Positions 28,076 to 35,663 of a stretch of 40,129 bases of DNA are shown here, piece after piece. The translations under genes and the position numbers were made by a program. The stretch covers positions 1-40,129 of the forward strand of contig JBBSGS010000001.1 of NCBI GenBank assembly GCA_038253875.1, written 5' to 3'. Under the pieces are notes generated by a model. The model was not told the origin of the DNA and searched no databases. It worked only from the letters and a program-made list of their open reading frames with translations. This stretch comes from Chthoniobacterales bacterium. GTDB lineage: Bacteria; Verrucomicrobiota; Verrucomicrobiia; Chthoniobacterales; UBA10450. Each line of letters starts with the position of its first letter. Positions within the stretch are counted from its first letter, which is position 1.

Positions 28076-28091
28076 TTCAAAATATTTTGAA
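28076..28091. promoter_or_regulatory. perfect 16-bp AT-rich palindrome upstream of the TonB-dependent receptor gene (candidate operator)
   Basis: TTCAAAATATTTTGAA lies 71-86 nt upstream of the receptor ATG (28005, minus strand). It sits in an AT-rich stretch of otherwise GC-rich DNA. Confidence 0.4.
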
Positions 28092-28241
28092 CGCTCTTCG
28101 ACTTCACTGTGTCGTTAACAAGCAATTTTGGAGCCACCCCCTCATTTTTTGAGGGGTGCTCATCTGGCTGCCCGTGCCGCTGCCTGGCGTGTTCATTCGC
28201 CGCGGCCATCGTTCCCTCATGACCAGCTCTCCTGCTGTCGG

Positions 28242-28278
28242 CCTAACGTTCGCCTAACGCTCTTGAGTTTCGTTAGGC
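28242..28278. repeat. cluster of three copies of the over-represented word (two direct CCTAACG 11 bp apart, one inverted CGTTAGG) forming an 8-bp-stem hairpin
   Basis: The sequence is ggCCTAACGttcgCCTAACGctcttgagtttCGTTAGGc. GCCTAACG (28252-28259) pairs with CGTTAGGC (28271-28278). The cluster lies in the spacer between the TonB receptor and the antiporter. Confidence 0.8.
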
Positions 28279-28465
28279 AGGCTCTTGCCACGAGGAAGGA
28301 AATCGTAAACTCTCGTTGAGCAGTGCTGCTGCGCACAGCGCGGGGCGATTCGCGAAATTCGCTCTGACGATGGGCGACAACAGCTTTTCGTTAGGGAAGA
28401 CGGCCGCCGGGCCAAATCATTCTTGACTCGGAGGGCGCCAGGTTTTCCCGTCGGGACTCGCTCAA

Positions 28466-29752
28466 ATGAATTTCTTCGCTTTCGCCGTTTCGCATGATGA
28501 GCCCACTCCGCTCATCATGTTTCCTTTTGCCGCGTTGCTTTTTTGCATCGCCGTCGCCCCGCTGATCCTGAAGCATCATTGGGAGCGGTTTTACCACCTC
28601 GTTTCCCTCGGCCTCGCTGGCTTCACGACTTCTTATTACCTCTTCGTTTTGCATCGGGGGGAACAGATGCTGCACGTCGGATTCGAGTATTTCAGCTTCA
28701 TGGCGGTGGTGGGGTCGCTCTACGTCGTGACCGGGGGGATTCATATCGTGGTCAAAGGCGAGGCCAAACCCTCAGTCAACACGCTCTTCCTCGCTTTGGG
28801 CACGCTGCTTGCGAATTTCATCGGCACCATTGGCGCCTCAATGCTTCTGATTCGCCCTTGGATTCGGATGAACAAATATCGCTTTACCGGGATGCATACG
28901 GCGTTCTTCATCTTTCTCGTGAGCAACATCGGAGGCGCGCTCCTCCCCACGGGCCCTCCGCTTTTTCTCGGCTATCTGCGCGGCATACCGTTTTGGTGGA
29001 CGCTGCGCACTTGCTGGCTGCCGTGGGCAATCATTTTGGCGACTGTGCTCGCGGTCTTCTACCTGCTCGACCGGCACAACTACCGCCGCGCACCTGAAGA
29101 AGTCCGCGACGCGCAGACCGCTGGCGAAGAGTGGCGCTTCGAGGGTTTGCGCAACATCTGGCTCATGCTCGTAGTCCTCGCCGCCCTCATCTTCGTGCCC
29201 GCAGGGTGGCGGGAGATGCTCATGATCGCCGCGGCGCTGCTCGCCTATTTCTGGACGCCCGGCTCGATTTATAGAGGGAACGACTTCGCCTTCGCGCCGA
29301 TCAAGGAACTCGGCTGGCTCTTCCTCGGGATTTTTGGAACGATGGCGCCGGTGCTCGAATACATGCAGCGCCACGCGGCTGACCTCGGCCTCCACTCCGA
29401 TCTGCAATTCTTCTGGTTCACCGGCCTTCTCTCCGGGCTGCTCGATAACGCGCCGACTTATCTCACCTTCCTGGCCGGGGGTCTCGGGCTCGAAGGTTTC
29501 CACCTCGATCAAGCTGCGGAGGTTAACCGCTTCGCCACCGAGCACGGTCATTATCTGGTCGCGATCTCGTTAGGCGCGACCTGCTTCGGCGCCCTCACCT
29601 ACATCGGGAATGGGCCGAACCTGATGGTCAAGGCAATCGCCGACCACGCGAAATTGCACCCGCCCAGTTTCTTTGGCTTCGTTTTTAAATTCGCGCTTCC
29701 CGTCCTCTTGCCAATTTTCGCGGTGGTTTCGCTTTTGTTTTTTTGGCGATGA
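28466..29752 (+). CDS. ArsB/NhaD-superfamily ion transporter (sodium:proton antiporter / citrate-transporter-like)
   Basis: 428-aa polytopic ORF with motifs such as NIGGALLPTGPPLFLGYL and LDNAPTYLTF...GNGPNLMVKAI. The start is uncertain; an in-frame Met lies at codon 18. Confidence 0.65.
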   Translation: MNFFAFAVSHDEPTPLIMFPFAALLFCIAVAPLILKHHWERFYHLVSLGLAGFTTSYYLFVLHRGEQMLHVGFEYFSFMAVVGSLYVVTGGIHIVVKGEAKPSVNTLFLALGTLLANFIGTIGASMLLIRPWIRMNKYRFTGMHTAFFIFLVSNIGGALLPTGPPLFLGYLRGIPFWWTLRTCWLPWAIILATVLAVFYLLDRHNYRRAPEEVRDAQTAGEEWRFEGLRNIWLMLVVLAALIFVPAGWREMLMIAAALLAYFWTPGSIYRGNDFAFAPIKELGWLFLGIFGTMAPVLEYMQRHAADLGLHSDLQFFWFTGLLSGLLDNAPTYLTFLAGGLGLEGFHLDQAAEVNRFATEHGHYLVAISLGATCFGALTYIGNGPNLMVKAIADHAKLHPPSFFGFVFKFALPVLLPIFAVVSLLFFWR

Positions 29753-29781
29753 CTTCCGGCCGCATCGCTTCAGGTTAAAAG

Positions 29782-30387
29782 ATGTTCACCGGTCTAATTG
29801 AAGAAGTCGGCAGCGTGCTGTGGATCCGCGCGAGCAAAGGCGGCACGCAACTGCAAATCGCCGCGCCGCTCATCGCGCAGGATTTGCGGCAAGGCGACAG
29901 CGTCTCGGTGAATGGCTGTTGCCTAACGGCGGAAACAATTGGTGACGGCAACCTTACTTTCGATCTGCTCAAAGAGACGCTCGCTCGCACCAACCTGCGC
30001 GCCCTTGGCCGAGACAGCCCCGTAAATCTCGAGCGCGCCCTCGCCGCCAGCGGTCGTCTGGGCGGTCATTTTGTGCAGGGCCACGTCGATTGCGCGTTGC
30101 GCGCGATTAGTTTCACGGAGAGCGGAGCCGACGTGCGTCTCGCGGTTGAGTTACCCGCCGCATTCGCGCACTACGCCGCCTGCAAGGGCTCGATCGCGCT
30201 CAACGGCATTAGCCTAACGATTGCCGAACTGCTCCCCGCCAGCTTCGCCGTTTGGATTATTCCGCACACCCGGCGTCAAACTAATCTGGAAAAATTGCAG
30301 ATAGGCGATTTGCTGAATGTCGAGTTCGACATCCTCGCGAAATATGTCGAGCGGATGTTGCCTCGCATAATCGTGGCCCCGGATTAA
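29782..30387 (+). CDS. ribE: riboflavin synthase alpha chain
   Basis: It begins MFTGLIEEVG... and has an internal duplication with two GDSVSVNGCCLT / GSIALNGISLT lumazine-binding repeats. Confidence 0.9.
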   Translation: MFTGLIEEVGSVLWIRASKGGTQLQIAAPLIAQDLRQGDSVSVNGCCLTAETIGDGNLTFDLLKETLARTNLRALGRDSPVNLERALAASGRLGGHFVQGHVDCALRAISFTESGADVRLAVELPAAFAHYAACKGSIALNGISLTIAELLPASFAVWIIPHTRRQTNLEKLQIGDLLNVEFDILAKYVERMLPRIIVAPD

Positions 30388-30428
30388 GGGCCACTCCAGC
30401 GCCGAATCCGGAAGCAGATCCACACCAT

Positions 30429-31118
30429 ATGATTGCGCACAGCACGGTTAAAAGCACCGGCCGGGTCGTCGGCGTCATCGCTGATCGCGCGGCTTTGCGA
30501 AAGGCCACGCGCCTGCGCCAGCCACCAGACTTATTCGAGCTGCGCCTCGATGCCCTGTGCGCTTGCCTGGAGGAAGTCGACGATGCGCTTCCAAAAATGT
30601 GCGCTCCTTTCATTCTCACCGCGCGCCATCCAGCCGAGGGCGGCCGGCACGCGCTTCCCGCTTCCGCCCGCCGCGCTCTCCTTCGGCGCTTTCTCGATCG
30701 CGGGGCCGTTATCGACATCGAGCTTCGTTCCGCGCGCGAGATGCGAACGCTCATCGTCGAAGCGCGCCGCCGCGAAATCAACGTCATCATCTCCAGCCAC
30801 CATCTACGCGGCACCCCGCCAGCCGTTGTTTTGCGCGACCGTCTAAAGGCCGCGATCGGGTGCGGAGCTGACGTTTTTAAAATCGCCACTCTGACCGAGA
30901 GTGCCGCCCAACTCACCCGGCTCTTTTCCTTCTTCGAGGAACATGCCGGTTCTTTTCCCGTCGCCGCGATGGGCATGGGAAAACTCGGGGCGGAATCGCG
31001 CCGTCGCCTCCTTCGTCTGGGGTCGGTTCTCAACTACGCGTCGGTCGGTGAGGCCAATGCCCCGGGCCAGCCAACTCTTCAACAACTCCGCCGCGACCGA
31101 GCCGCGTATATCTTTTAG
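30429..31118 (+). CDS. aroD: type I 3-dehydroquinate dehydratase
   Basis: 229 aa. It contains ELRLD, HH..GTP and the Schiff-base lysine context DVFKIATL. Confidence 0.75.
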   Translation: MIAHSTVKSTGRVVGVIADRAALRKATRLRQPPDLFELRLDALCACLEEVDDALPKMCAPFILTARHPAEGGRHALPASARRALLRRFLDRGAVIDIELRSAREMRTLIVEARRREINVIISSHHLRGTPPAVVLRDRLKAAIGCGADVFKIATLTESAAQLTRLFSFFEEHAGSFPVAAMGMGKLGAESRRRLLRLGSVLNYASVGEANAPGQPTLQQLRRDRAAYIF

Positions 31119-31133
31119 AGAATCGCACCGCCG

Positions 31134-31763
31134 ATGCCGCACAGCGTCCCACTGCCAGCCACCGTCCCCGTTATGCCGCTGCCCGGCGTCCTGCTCTTCC
31201 CGAATGCCCTCCTCCCGCTTCACATTTTCGAGCCGCGCTTTCGCGAAATGCTCGACCACGCTTTACTCGCCGATCGCATGCTCTGCGTCGCCCTCGTTAG
31301 GCCGGAGAGCCCTCACTGGCGCACCAGCGCGGATTTTTTTCCAGTCAGTACCGTGGGTCTGATTCGCGCCTGCGTCGGGCGTGGCGACGGCACTTCCGAT
31401 CTCATTCTCCAAGGAATGCGGAGGGTAAAATTCGACGGCTTCACCCAGGAGGCGCCATATCCGATGGCACGAATCAAACCCCTGAAAACTCGCACCAAAC
31501 TCACCGTCGAGACAGACGCCCTCGCGGCCAAAGTGCTGGAATTCTACGGGCAACTCAAAAGCGACGGCCGCGAGTTGCCGGAAAAAATCGACCGCTACCT
31601 GAGCGAGATGTCCGACCCTGAAATGCTCGCCGATTTGATTGCCTCCACATTCATCAGCGACGCCACGCGGCGGCAGCAGTTACTCGAAGAGCTCGACCTC
31701 AACTCGCGGCTGCGTCTACTCATCCAATACCTGCGCGAAGAAGATGGCAGCGCCGCGGCCTGA
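31134..31763 (+). CDS. LON N-terminal (substrate-binding) domain protein
   Basis: 209 aa. It has the typical LPVMPLPGVLLFPNALLPLHIFEPRFREML opening of stand-alone Lon N-domain proteins. Confidence 0.8.
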   Translation: MPHSVPLPATVPVMPLPGVLLFPNALLPLHIFEPRFREMLDHALLADRMLCVALVRPESPHWRTSADFFPVSTVGLIRACVGRGDGTSDLILQGMRRVKFDGFTQEAPYPMARIKPLKTRTKLTVETDALAAKVLEFYGQLKSDGRELPEKIDRYLSEMSDPEMLADLIASTFISDATRRQQLLEELDLNSRLRLLIQYLREEDGSAAA

Positions 31764-31765
31764 AC

Positions 31766-31840
31766 TCCTAACCTGCTCCCGCTCCTAATCGTTGCGCGCG
31801 AACCGGAGGATCAGGAGCAGGAGCACGAGCAGGATTAGGA
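31766..31840. terminator. imperfect long inverted repeat between convergent genes
   Basis: TCCTAACCTGCTCCCGCTCCT (31766-31786) pairs with AGGAGCACGAGCAGGATTAGGA (31819-31840). About 19 pairs form, with a bulge and mismatches. Confidence 0.35.
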
Positions 31841-33010
31841 AGCAGTAACGGAAAGCCGCGCGTGTTCCTCGAGCAAATAGCGATCGGTCATCCCCGCAAT
31901 GTAATCGCAAATCGTCCGGTGCAGCCCCTCCCGCTCCAGCCGTCGGGTCGCGGCATCCCCGAGCCGCTCCGGCTCCCGCACATACCCCTCGAAGACCACA
32001 CGCAACATTTCGCACGCCCGCTGATTCACCTCCGCCACCCGCGGATCATAATAAACATTCTTGTAAAGAAATCGCCGCAGCTCGCGATTTGCAGCGCTCA
32101 ACTCGTCGCTGTAGCGGATCAGTTCCTGTTTCTGCGACCGTACTGCTTGTGCGCTCGCTGGCCTGGCCGCGGCGATCGCCGACGCACTCGTCGCCACGAC
32201 GTCGCGCACCTGCAGGTCGATGATATCGCGAATAATATTCTTCTGCAGTTCCGCGCCTAACAACTCCGGATCCCGCGCCAGCACCCGTTCGTGGCTGCGC
32301 CGCCAGATCGCGCTTTCGTCGAGCTGATCGGAATCGAGAATCGCGAAATCAAGCGCGTCATCGAGATCGTGACTGTAATAGGTTATTTCATCTGCCAGAT
32401 CGGCCACCTGTGCCTCCAGCGACGGAACCGGGCCCTCGTTAGGCGGCCGATGCTTTCGCAAACCCTCCAGCACCTCGAAGGTCAGATTCAATCCCGGGAA
32501 CGCTGGGTAGGCCGCCTCCAGCAACTCGACCACACGCAAGCTCTGCCGGTTATGCTCAAACCCGCCGTGTTCCCGCATGCATTCCGCCAGCATTTCTTCT
32601 CCGGAATGTCCGAAAGGCGAGTGCCCGAGATCGTGCGCCAGCGCGATCGATTCTGTCAGATCCTCGTTCAACCCCAAGGCGCGTGAGATCGTCCGGCTGA
32701 CCGAGGCGACCTCGCAGGTATGCGTCAGACGCGTTCGCAAATGATCCGCGGTGCCGTTGAGAAAGACCTGCGTCTTGTATTCCAGCCGGCGAAACGCGCG
32801 CGAATGAATGATCCGCGCGCGGTCACGCTGAAACTCCGTCCGATAGAGATGCCGCGGCTCGGGAAATTTGCGTCCTCGCGAGTCGCCTGATTTCTGCGCA
32901 AAGGGCGCCAGCGTGCGCTGCTCATCCGCCTCCATCTCTTCGCGCCGCTTCCATCCGGCTGGCGGCAACTCCGGACCATCACAAAAATCGAGTTCGTTAA
33001 GCATAAACAA
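31835..33010 (-). CDS. dGTP triphosphohydrolase-like HD-domain protein
   Basis: It contains FQRDRARIIHSRAFRRLEYKTQVF, HLRTRLTHTCEV and AHDLGHSPFGHSGE (HD motif). Confidence 0.85.
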   Translation of the reverse strand: MFMLNELDFCDGPELPPAGWKRREEMEADEQRTLAPFAQKSGDSRGRKFPEPRHLYRTEFQRDRARIIHSRAFRRLEYKTQVFLNGTADHLRTRLTHTCEVASVSRTISRALGLNEDLTESIALAHDLGHSPFGHSGEEMLAECMREHGGFEHNRQSLRVVELLEAAYPAFPGLNLTFEVLEGLRKHRPPNEGPVPSLEAQVADLADEITYYSHDLDDALDFAILDSDQLDESAIWRRSHERVLARDPELLGAELQKNIIRDIIDLQVRDVVATSASAIAAARPASAQAVRSQKQELIRYSDELSAANRELRRFLYKNVYYDPRVAEVNQRACEMLRVVFEGYVREPERLGDAATRRLEREGLHRTICDYIAGMTDRYLLEEHARLSVTAS

Positions 33011-33032
33011 CGGAGCGTCCGCGCCAGAGACT

Positions 33033-33185
33033 CCGGGTAGCGCATGCGTCCCGCGTGCTGGCGACGGCGTTCCACCGTCGCGAACTTTTCTGGCAGCGGG
33101 ACGCGCAGCAGGACCGCCAGACCGTCAGCAAAGTTCGTCGCCGCGAGACGCGTCGACCAGCACGCAGGACGCATACGCTACCCGG
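33033..33185. repeat. 153-bp nested-hairpin intergenic element
   Basis: 29-bp arms CCGGGTAGCGCATGCGTCCCGCGTGCTGG (33033-33061) and CCAGCACGCAGGACGCATACGCTACCCGG (33157-33185) pair with 2 mismatches. Inner hairpins are present, e.g. CGACGG-cgttcca-CCGTCG. Confidence 0.65.
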
Positions 33186-33199
33186 AATTGGGCGGCGGC

Positions 33200-33550
33200 T
33201 CACGCCTTCTCCTCGATCTTCAACTTCTCCGCAAGCGCGCGGCGCACCACGCGCGCCTGCATCCGCACGAGCAAAAGATCGAGAACCGCGAGCAGCGCCG
33301 CCGTCACCGTGACCCAGGCGCAGACCGCCCAATAAAAAATAAACCAGCGGGGGCGAGCGTGCGGGTCGAGCACCGGCGCCAGGAAAGTCGCGCCGCAAAA
33401 GAGAAGCAGGAGCGCGATAATCACGATCGCGAACATCGTCTTGCGCCGCGCGTTTTGATCGCGCAGCAGCCCGCGCGTCACGTGGGTCGCGAAGGAGACG
33501 AAACGCAACTTTTTTTCGTTAGGCGGCGGGGCGTCGTTAGGGGAAATCAT
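33200..33550 (-). CDS. small membrane protein (2 predicted TM), hypothetical
   Basis: 116-aa ORF with coding-like codon usage and two hydrophobic spans. It lies 86 nt downstream of the histidine kinase on the same strand. Confidence 0.5.
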   Translation of the reverse strand: MISPNDAPPPNEKKLRFVSFATHVTRGLLRDQNARRKTMFAIVIIALLLLFCGATFLAPVLDPHARPRWFIFYWAVCAWVTVTAALLAVLDLLLVRMQARVVRRALAEKLKIEEKA

Positions 33551-33562
33551 TTGCGCCTAACA
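33517..33562. repeat. cluster of two direct CGTTAGG copies plus an inverted one-mismatch copy (CCTAACA)
   Basis: The sequence is ttttttCGTTAGGcggcggggcgtCGTTAGGggaaatcatttgcgCCTAACAaaa. It spans the start of the small membrane-protein gene. Confidence 0.7.
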
Positions 33563-33636
33563 AAATCCACCCGGCCCCGCAGAACGCAAACGCTCAGCCT
33601 GGAGCCAGCGGCGGCTCCCGCCGGGCTGCCCGATAC

Positions 33637-35649
33637 CTAGGCCATCACTTCCAGGAGGGCCTGCTCCAATTGCGCGAAATCCACCGGCTTGATTAGATGG
33701 GCTGCGAAGCCCGCTTCCTGCGAGTGGCGGATATCCTCATCCATCCCATAACCGCTCAGAGCGATGGCCGGTATCGGGCGGGTGGCCCGCAGTCTTTTCA
33801 CCAAATCGAAACCGGTCCCATCGGGCAACCCGAGATCGCTGATCACAACGTCGAACGTTTTCTCCTTCGCAGCCTCGAATGCATTGGCCACGCTCGCCGC
33901 GGTCGTCACTTCGTGGCCCGCGCGCTGGAGCAGTCTGGCCAATACCTCTACGGTGGCGTGATGATCTTCCACCAGGAGGACGCGCAGCGAAGCGACCTGC
34001 GCCGGCGTCGTGCCTGTCTCCACGCGCGCGGGCGCGGCCTCGGCTGCGCCTAACGAGTGCTCTGTTGTCGGCAATTCTACCGTGAGGGTGGCGCCTCGCC
34101 CCGGGCCCCCGCTCTCAGCCCGGATGATGCCGCCATGCAATTCCGTAATGGTTTTTGCGATCGCAAGCCCCAGCCCAAGGCCGCCGAAGCGATGCTCGGC
34201 GAAGGGTCTGGCCTGCTCGAAGGGCAGAAAAATCCGCTCTAGCGCCTCGGCGGCGAGGCCGACGCCCGTGTCACTAATTTGGAAAACGATTCGCTCGCCG
34301 AGATTGAACGAGCGCACCGTCAGATGCCCGCCGGTCGGGGTGAACTTGACTGCGTTCTTGAGCAAATTCCAGAGGACCTGCTCGATCCGCGCGGGATCAC
34401 CGGAGAGCTGGGAGCGCTCGGCCGCGAGATCCACTTCCAGGGTTAATTGTTGGTTCGCGACATCGTCTTGAACGATTTCGAGCGCGGACTGCAGCAGCGA
34501 ATGTCCGTCGCAGTTCTGGACCTGGAGACGCAACTTGCCATGCGTAATCCGGGTGATATCGAGCAGGTCGTCGATCAATCGAGCCTCCAGTTCGACGTTG
34601 CGCTGGATCATGGCGAACTGGGCGCGGACGTCCGCGGCAAACCGCTCCTCGTCGCGCCCCGCGGCGGCGATCATGAGCACGGGGGTAAGCGGCGTGCGCA
34701 GCTCGTGGGAAAGGGCGGCGAGAAATTTGTCCTTCGCCCTGGAGGCGCGCTCCGCTTCCTCTTTGGCCTGGCGCAGTTCTTCGATGTCGGTGTTTGAGCC
34801 GATCCACATCGCCACCCGATCCTCCGCGTCGCGCATCGCCCGGGCACGGCTGAGGTGCCAGCGATACTCGCCATCATGGCGGCGGACACGATGCTCGAAC
34901 TCGAATGGCTCGCCCGTTTGAAGGGATTGGCGCCATTGCTCGAGATTGTCTGCGAGATCGTCGGGATGAATGAACTGCTGCCAGCCCCAATCCTTCATCT
35001 GCTCAAAACTCATCCCGGTAAATTCCATCCATTGCCGGTTGAAGTAATCGATGTCGCCATTCGCTTGCGCGGTGAAGATTTTTTGCGGCATCGATTCGGC
35101 GAGGAAACGAAAGCGTTCCGCGCTCGCGCGCAATTCGTTCTCCACCTCTCGGCGCTCGGCGATCTCTTGCTGCAGGCGCGCATTCAGTTTCTCCCCCACC
35201 TCGGCGAGTTCGTGCTGGTGCAAGCCAGCGATGAGCAGGGCTTCGTTGATGGCGGTAGCGTTGAGGCTAAAGCTGGGTGCCTTGGTCAACTGGATGATTG
35301 CTCCCACCGGAGATTGATTCGCGTCCAGCGCGGGCCAGATCGCGTACAACCAGTGCGCGGGCTCGGAGTCGTGCTCATGCGCGTGGGTTGCGGCTTCTCC
35401 AGTCTCGTAAACCTGATCCAGAATCGCCGCGCACTCGCCGCCTCCCGGCACGATTTCGGCAAAGGGATTGCCAATCAAATCCGTTTTGCTCCTCCCGAGC
35501 AATCTGCAGAAGGCGGCGTTGACGTAGAAGACACGGTGCTCGCTTCCCCGCACCTCAACAATTGGCAAAGGCGCACGCTCGATAATCGGCGCTACCTCGC
35601 TCCGCGCCTCGGGGATCGGGTCCACTCTTCCAGGTCTACCCGTCCTCAT
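33637..35649 (-). CDS. hybrid sensor histidine kinase (2x PAS - HisKA - HATPase_c - REC)
   Basis: The H-box is LSHELRTPLTP. N/G boxes are present (LLKNAVKFTP, DTGVGL, GGLGLGLAI). The C-terminal receiver is LRVLLVEDHH...VISDLGLPDGTG...KP. Confidence 0.9.
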   Translation of the reverse strand: MRTGRPGRVDPIPEARSEVAPIIERAPLPIVEVRGSEHRVFYVNAAFCRLLGRSKTDLIGNPFAEIVPGGGECAAILDQVYETGEAATHAHEHDSEPAHWLYAIWPALDANQSPVGAIIQLTKAPSFSLNATAINEALLIAGLHQHELAEVGEKLNARLQQEIAERREVENELRASAERFRFLAESMPQKIFTAQANGDIDYFNRQWMEFTGMSFEQMKDWGWQQFIHPDDLADNLEQWRQSLQTGEPFEFEHRVRRHDGEYRWHLSRARAMRDAEDRVAMWIGSNTDIEELRQAKEEAERASRAKDKFLAALSHELRTPLTPVLMIAAAGRDEERFAADVRAQFAMIQRNVELEARLIDDLLDITRITHGKLRLQVQNCDGHSLLQSALEIVQDDVANQQLTLEVDLAAERSQLSGDPARIEQVLWNLLKNAVKFTPTGGHLTVRSFNLGERIVFQISDTGVGLAAEALERIFLPFEQARPFAEHRFGGLGLGLAIAKTITELHGGIIRAESGGPGRGATLTVELPTTEHSLGAAEAAPARVETGTTPAQVASLRVLLVEDHHATVEVLARLLQRAGHEVTTAASVANAFEAAKEKTFDVVISDLGLPDGTGFDLVKRLRATRPIPAIALSGYGMDEDIRHSQEAGFAAHLIKPVDFAQLEQALLEVMA

Positions 35650-35663
35650 GAAATTTTATCCAC

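Noticed and set aside
28006-28140. I looked for a cobalamin or other riboswitch in the leader of the TonB-dependent receptor.
   Set aside because: The leader is short and AT-rich. It has no B12-box-like sequence or multi-stem GC-rich aptamer that I can recognise. I retained only a palindrome and a nearby hairpin (28135-28159).
20067-28241. I considered whether the word-free block is a classical mobile genomic island or prophage.
   Set aside because: I recognise no integrase, transposase, phage, conjugation or tRNA gene, and no flanking direct repeats. It is kept only as a compositional and word-density anomaly.
29753-29781. I looked for an FMN riboswitch upstream of ribE.
   Set aside because: The spacer is only 29 nt, too short for the aptamer, and I saw no FMN-element sequence.
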